Part shown: in pieces, positions 59,401 to 64,000 of the stretch
Position numbering within the stretch: the first letter of the stretch is position 1
Layout: each line of letters starts with the position of its first letter
Source of the DNA: Hormiphora californensis
Taxonomy: Eukaryota; Animalia; Ctenophora
NCBI GenBank assembly: GCA_020137815.1
Contig: CM035354.1
Coordinates: forward strand, 62,001-126,000
Length of the DNA stretch: 64,000 nucleotides
Direction: 5' to 3'
The notes under the pieces: model-generated
Databases searched by the model: none
Seen by the model: only the letters and a program-made list of their open reading frames with translations
Told to the model about the DNA's origin: nothing
Program-made: the position numbers and the translations under genes

Positions 59401-62400
59401 GTTAATAATATACAGCCAGCCAGTGGGAAATAATCTGCCGCTGGACTGGCTGTATATTGAGAGCGCGCCAGTGGGACTTCTCGCCGCTGGCGGGTTATTT
59501 AAGTTAGCAGGGTATATATCTACATAAATCTAAATTAGATATAGAGTCCGCCTTTCGCCGCGAACTCGAGATTTCGGCCGTTAGGCCGGAAACGAGAGTT
59601 TGCTCTACCCCTATACTAATTTAGAAGTGTTAGGGCCGTTATTTGGGTTCGAGGTTAGGGTTGGGGCCATAAACAATCGAATTCCTGCCAGCGAGGGCGC
59701 GGTTAAGATCAATCGATTTCCTGCCAGGCCCACGGTTAGGAACACAGTGTACGGAAATCCGACACATTTTATTTTTAAGTGCTACTTTAGTTAATCACTG
59801 CTAATTAGTGGTTGAATATTTTGAAGTTTTAAGAACGGAAAAAGGGAACGGAAGGGATTATCTATCCAGCTATGTAATTTTTAGTTGAATTTTCACATCA
59901 TAACATAAGTCTATCCTTCCAGAACACCAGGTCATTTTTGGTCAATTTTGGACATAATTGATCAATTATCTAATTGACCAATTAACTTTTTTTAAGGTTA
60001 AGCTGGCCTAACCTTCACGTCTCAACGTCCTCTTTCAGATGGTGTAATTTTTTTGGAATTTTGTAAAACACATTATCACTCAGACTGCATTTAACTGTTT
60101 AGTACTAGCCTATTGTACCGTCTTCATAGTGAAGTGCAATTTCGGGTCGAAAAAGTCAATTTTGTAACAAAGTCATATCTTAACTGTTTTTAATCGAATA
60201 AATTGTTGCATTAATGTTGTCGATACGGTTATCCGCTTATTACTACTTACTTTTATTAAGTTTTTTGGCCAAAATCGAGCCAATATAGCGTTTTTTGGTC
60301 AATTTTGGACATATATGACTAAAAAATCCCAAAATTTTTTATGCATAAAAGACCTCAGACAGTGCTGGGTATCTTAAGATAACTTTCAGCTCTTTAAATG
60401 AAGTCAAACAGGTCAAAAAACACCAAGATTGGCAAAATTGGTGATTCGGGGTATTGGTGTTAAGCTGAACACTAACAATATGACACTTTATTGGTTAGAA
60501 ATGATCGAATTCCGTCCAAATCGTTCCTATTCCGTACAGATCCTAACCGGTTAGAAAGTATCGAATTCCGTACAACACATGAACCCTAACCATTCATACT
60601 CCGTTGGTTAGAAACGATCGAATTCCGTCCAAACCGTTCTATTTCCGTTCTATGAGGCCAGGGTTAGAAAATATCGAATTCCGTACACGCAGGGTACTTA
60701 CAATAGCACTCTCTGCACTCTTGTACGGAATTCGATAGTTTCTAACCTTGCCCGTGGACGGACATCATACAGACTGGACGGACATCCGACAAACTGTACG
60801 GATAGTAGACTCAGTGGATGCATCAGAAAGATCGGACGGACACTGCACAGTTTGTCGGATGTCCTGCCAATATGTCGTACGGATTTCGATTGTTTATGGT
60901 TAGGGTTAGTGTTAGGGTTAGGTTTTGGGTTGGGTTAGGATTTTAGACATAGAGTCCGGGTTGGAGGATTTGGCGCCAAAATGTACTAGAGGACTCTATA
61001 TCTAAAAATTCTACACAGGGCGGACTCTTTATCTAAAAAGTCTACACAGGGAGGACTCTTTATCTAAACTTTTTTCAAAATCTAACTGTAGATAAAGAGT
61101 CCGTTTTTAGATATAGAGTCCGCCTTGGGTTTAGATAAAGAGTCCGTTAGCACTAGAGTCCGCCCACCTCCAAGCAGGTAGGCTGGGTAGGCCAGAACTG
61201 GGTGGGAAGGAACATGTTAAGGGGGAGGGGAGAGGGGGAGGGGGAGGGAGGAGGGGGAGTTAGTGAGAGCACGACATAGTGCACCCTCGTCCACACCTAG
61301 CAGGTAGGCTGGGTAGGCCAGAACTGGGTGGGAAGGAACATTTTAAAAGCTGCTGGCAATTAGACTAGCACTTTAGTGCACTGAGGGGGCGGGGGTTCCT
61401 GAGCTCATATTAAAAGAACCCTAAGGGGACTTTAGAATTATGGCTAATTGTCATGTTTCCTCTCTGTTTGTAATGGTCAAGTTATGATGAGTGTGTGTGT
61501 TTATGTTATGGTACAATATCTCTGTACAAACATTGTCACACACACAATGCACACAAGTAAAGTGTGTGTTTACACTTTACTTACTGCACATAATCACGAA
61601 TTACGAAAGTAATTCCATATTGAACTTACAGCTAGGGTCTGCAGGGGACGATCCAGCTGATCCTTGTTCTACAAAAGTAATGTTTCCAATATGAAGGATC
61701 CCTGCAACAATTCTGAGTATGTCCCATTGGTTGTCCTGACTGATATTCATAACGTCCATAGCGTGCTGGAGAGGGGGGGGGGTGTTAATCGCTGATCGCA
61801 TGCTAGAAAGAGAGGGAGGAGGGAAAAGTCGGGCTGATATTCATCACATCGCGTGCTGGAGAGGTGGGGGAGGGTAAAAGTCTCCTATTGCTACAGACAG
61901 CATGGCGTGTGTTATAGACAGTGGTATAGACCAAATAATAATATGCTATTGGACCAATCACCATGGTGTCTTGGTAACCATGGTAACTACTCACCCTGGT
62001 GTCTTGGTAACCATAGTAACTACTCACCATGGTGTCTTGGTAACCATGGTAACTACTTACCCTGGTGTCTTGGTAACCATGGTAACTACTCACCCTGGTG
62101 TCTTGGTAACCATGGTAACTACTTACCCTGGTGTCTTGGTAACCACAGTAACTACTTACCCTGGTATCTTGGTAAACATGGTAACTACTCACCCTGGTGT
62201 CTTGGTAACCATGGTAACTACTCACCCTGGTGTCTTGGTAACCATGGTAACTACTCACCCTGGTGTCTTGGTAACCATGGTAACTACTCGCCCTGGTGTC
62301 TTGGTAACCATGGTAACTACTCACCCTGGTGTCTTGGTAACCATGGTAACTACTTACCCTGGTGTCTTGGTAACCATGGTAACTACTTACTCTGGTGTCT

Positions 62401-63922
62401 TGGTAACCATGGTAACTACTCACCCTGGTGTCTTGGTAACCATGGTAACCATGGTAACTACTCACTCTGGTGTCTTGGTAACCATGGTAACTACTTACCC
62501 TGGTGTCTTGGTAACCATGGTAACTACTCACCCTGGTGTCTTGGTAACCATGGTAACTACTCACCCTGGTGTCTTGGTAACCATGGTAACTACTTACCCT
62601 GGTGTCTTGGTAACCATGGCAACTACTCACCCTGGTGTCTTGGTAACCATGGTAACTACTCACCCTGGTGTTTTGGTAACCATGGTAACTACTCACCCTG
62701 GTGTCTTGGTAACCACAGTAACTACTTACCCTGGTATCTTGGTAAACATGGTAACTACTCACCCTGGTGTCTTGGTAACCATGGTAACTACTCACCCTGG
62801 TGTCTTGGTAACCATGGTAACTACTCACCCTGGTGTCTTGGTAACCATGGTAACTACTCGCCCTGGTGTCTTGGTAACCATGGTAACTACTCACCCTGGT
62901 GTCTTGGTAACCATGGTAACTACTTACCCTGGTGTCTTGGTAACCATGGTAACTACTTACTCTGGTGTCTTGGTAACCATGGTAACTACTCACCCTGGTG
63001 TCTTGGTAACCATGGTAACCATGGTAACTACTCACTCTGGTGTCTTGGTAACCATGGTAACTACTTACCCTGGTGTCTTGGTAACCATGGTAACTACTCA
63101 CCCTGGTGTCTTGGTAACCATGGTAACTACTCACCCTGGTGTCTTGGTAACCATGGTAACTACTTACCCTGGTGTCTTGGTAACCATGGCAACTACTCAC
63201 CCTGGTGTCTTGATAACCATGGTAACCATGGTAACTACTCACCCTGGTATCTTGGTACTCCTTAGCATCGTTGGTACCATCCACTGTGTAAGTTCCACTC
63301 TGGTTCAGGTACCAGTAGTAGTCCGGCTCTGCCAACCCACACTCAGCTATGGAAAGAAACATCTTTAGTTAACACTATTACCTACTGATACAATGCTGCA
63401 GTAACTAACTGAACTAAATATTTAGAGTTTAGTTAACACTATTACCTACTGATACATCATACAATTGCTGCAGTAACTAACTGAACTAACTGAGCAAGCA
63501 TTGTGTACCTTTTTCATCGTCAGAAGCGCCCACTAATATTTGATAGAAGATGTGAAAGTTTCTCTCTAGTGGGTTCTGTCTGACAACTCTACTTTTCTCT
63601 AATAAGAAGTTGCTGATCCGACCACCATCTGGGAGTCCGGCCATACTGAACTGGATCTCTATGTACTTTCCCTGGGACGGAGATATATGTATGAAGCACA
63701 TTTGTGATATATGTGAGGCACATGTGGAAGAGGAGGAGTGATTGGGTGATTGAATTATTGAGTTAGTTTAGTAGTTGTTGTTTTAATGAATGACCTGATA
63801 TATTAATATGTTACAAATCAGTACAACTTACAAATCTACTAGAGTTATTATTTCGAACAGTTTTGGCGTTCCCAAAGGCCTCCAGTAAAGGATTGCTCTC
63901 GATAATAACATCTTTCACCCTC
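50487..63922 (-). CDS. MYO1E/F: Long-tailed class I myosin (Myo1E/F-like); 5' part lies beyond the window
   Basis: Motor exons [92 protein letters not shown]. The last exon 50487-51993 carries IQ, TH1, a Pro-rich segment and a C-terminal SH3 ([24 protein letters not shown]). Confidence 0.96.
52775..52940. repeat. 24-27 bp intronic minisatellite (TTCCTTACTCAACAACC...)
   Basis: About 6 copies, read directly, in a myosin intron. Confidence 0.9.
53319..53490. mobile_element. 172-bp pogo/Tigger-like MITE
   Basis: TA-CAGTCGGACCCCGAT(C/T)TAGGG ... CCCTAAATCGGGGTCCGACTG-TA, with internal ACCCCGATTTAG repeats. A lone terminus of the same family is at ~31005. Confidence 0.9.
54605..56141 (+). CDS. 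Cyclase-family (KynB kynurenine formamidase / isatin hydrolase-like) metal hydrolase, 6 exons, nested antisense in a myosin intron
   Basis: Exons ~54605-54746, 54906-55045, 55193-55361, 55560-55678, 55770-55898, 55978-56141. Motifs [19 protein letters not shown] (HxGTHxDxPxH), [32 protein letters not shown]. Hydrophobic N- and C-termini. Confidence 0.9.
57708..61345 (-). repeat. Array of 3' splice site + first ~64 nt of myosin exon (8 extra copies), interrupted by a transposon
   Basis: CTTCCCACCCAG|TTCTGGCCTACCC..GCTCTCACTAA. True exon 57771-57575. Copies near 57832, 57961, 58105, 58249, 58387, 58519, 58654 (split, resumes at 61169) and 61258. Confidence 0.95.
58701..61168. mobile_element. 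2468-bp non-autonomous DNA transposon with 9-bp TSD (MULE- or Merlin-like)
   Basis: 21-bp TIRs GGTG(T/G)GCGGACTCTAGTGCTA. TSD TCCAAGCAG at 58692-58700 and 61169-61177. Subterminal GGACTCT(T/A)TATCTAAA repeats at both ends. No transposase ORF seen. Confidence 0.92.
61959..63256 (-). repeat. 33-bp array (~39 copies) of myosin exon end + 5' splice site
   Basis: Transcript-strand unit TACCAAGACACCAGG|GTGAGTAGTTACCATGGT (GTAAGT in some copies). True exon ends at 63243. A 570-bp higher-order duplication is visible (variant at 62141 repeats at 62711). Confidence 0.97.
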
Positions 63923-64000
63923 TGAAACAGTTGTTCTCGTCACTGTAACGCCAATAAAAAGAAGCTATTTTTAATATCTTGATCTGCTCAAAAGAAAGAT

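Noticed and set aside
61803-63368. Three ORFs of 470-519 aa on both strands
   Set aside because: Products of the 33-bp array. Only 63243-63345 is a real myosin exon.

Overview
Compact, intron-rich animal genomic DNA. A ctenophore such as Pleurobrachia or Hormiphora is my guess from gene style, not something the sequence proves. Minus-strand genes: KMT2C/D (MLL3/4) H3K4 methyltransferase (4761-~25322), MRPS16 with a long C-terminal extension (25537-26508), a 2xCH + coiled-coil + ankyrin protein (27279-43332) and a long-tailed myosin I (50487 to beyond the window end). Plus-strand genes: a frameshifted class A GPCR (48240-49638) and a cyclase/KynB-family hydrolase with signal peptide and GPI-like tail, nested in a myosin intron (54605-56141). 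Mobile elements: a Penelope-like retroelement with an inverted 3' copy and hammerhead-like motifs, a 1.34-kb perfect foldback element, a 2.47-kb element with a 9-bp TSD, and several MITEs. The most striking feature is that at least 14 exon-intron junctions in 4 unrelated genes are copied into the adjacent intron, from 1 to ~100 times, as arrays of splice site plus exon edge. In one case a complete 94-nt intron sits inside the resulting 1.4-kb intron.
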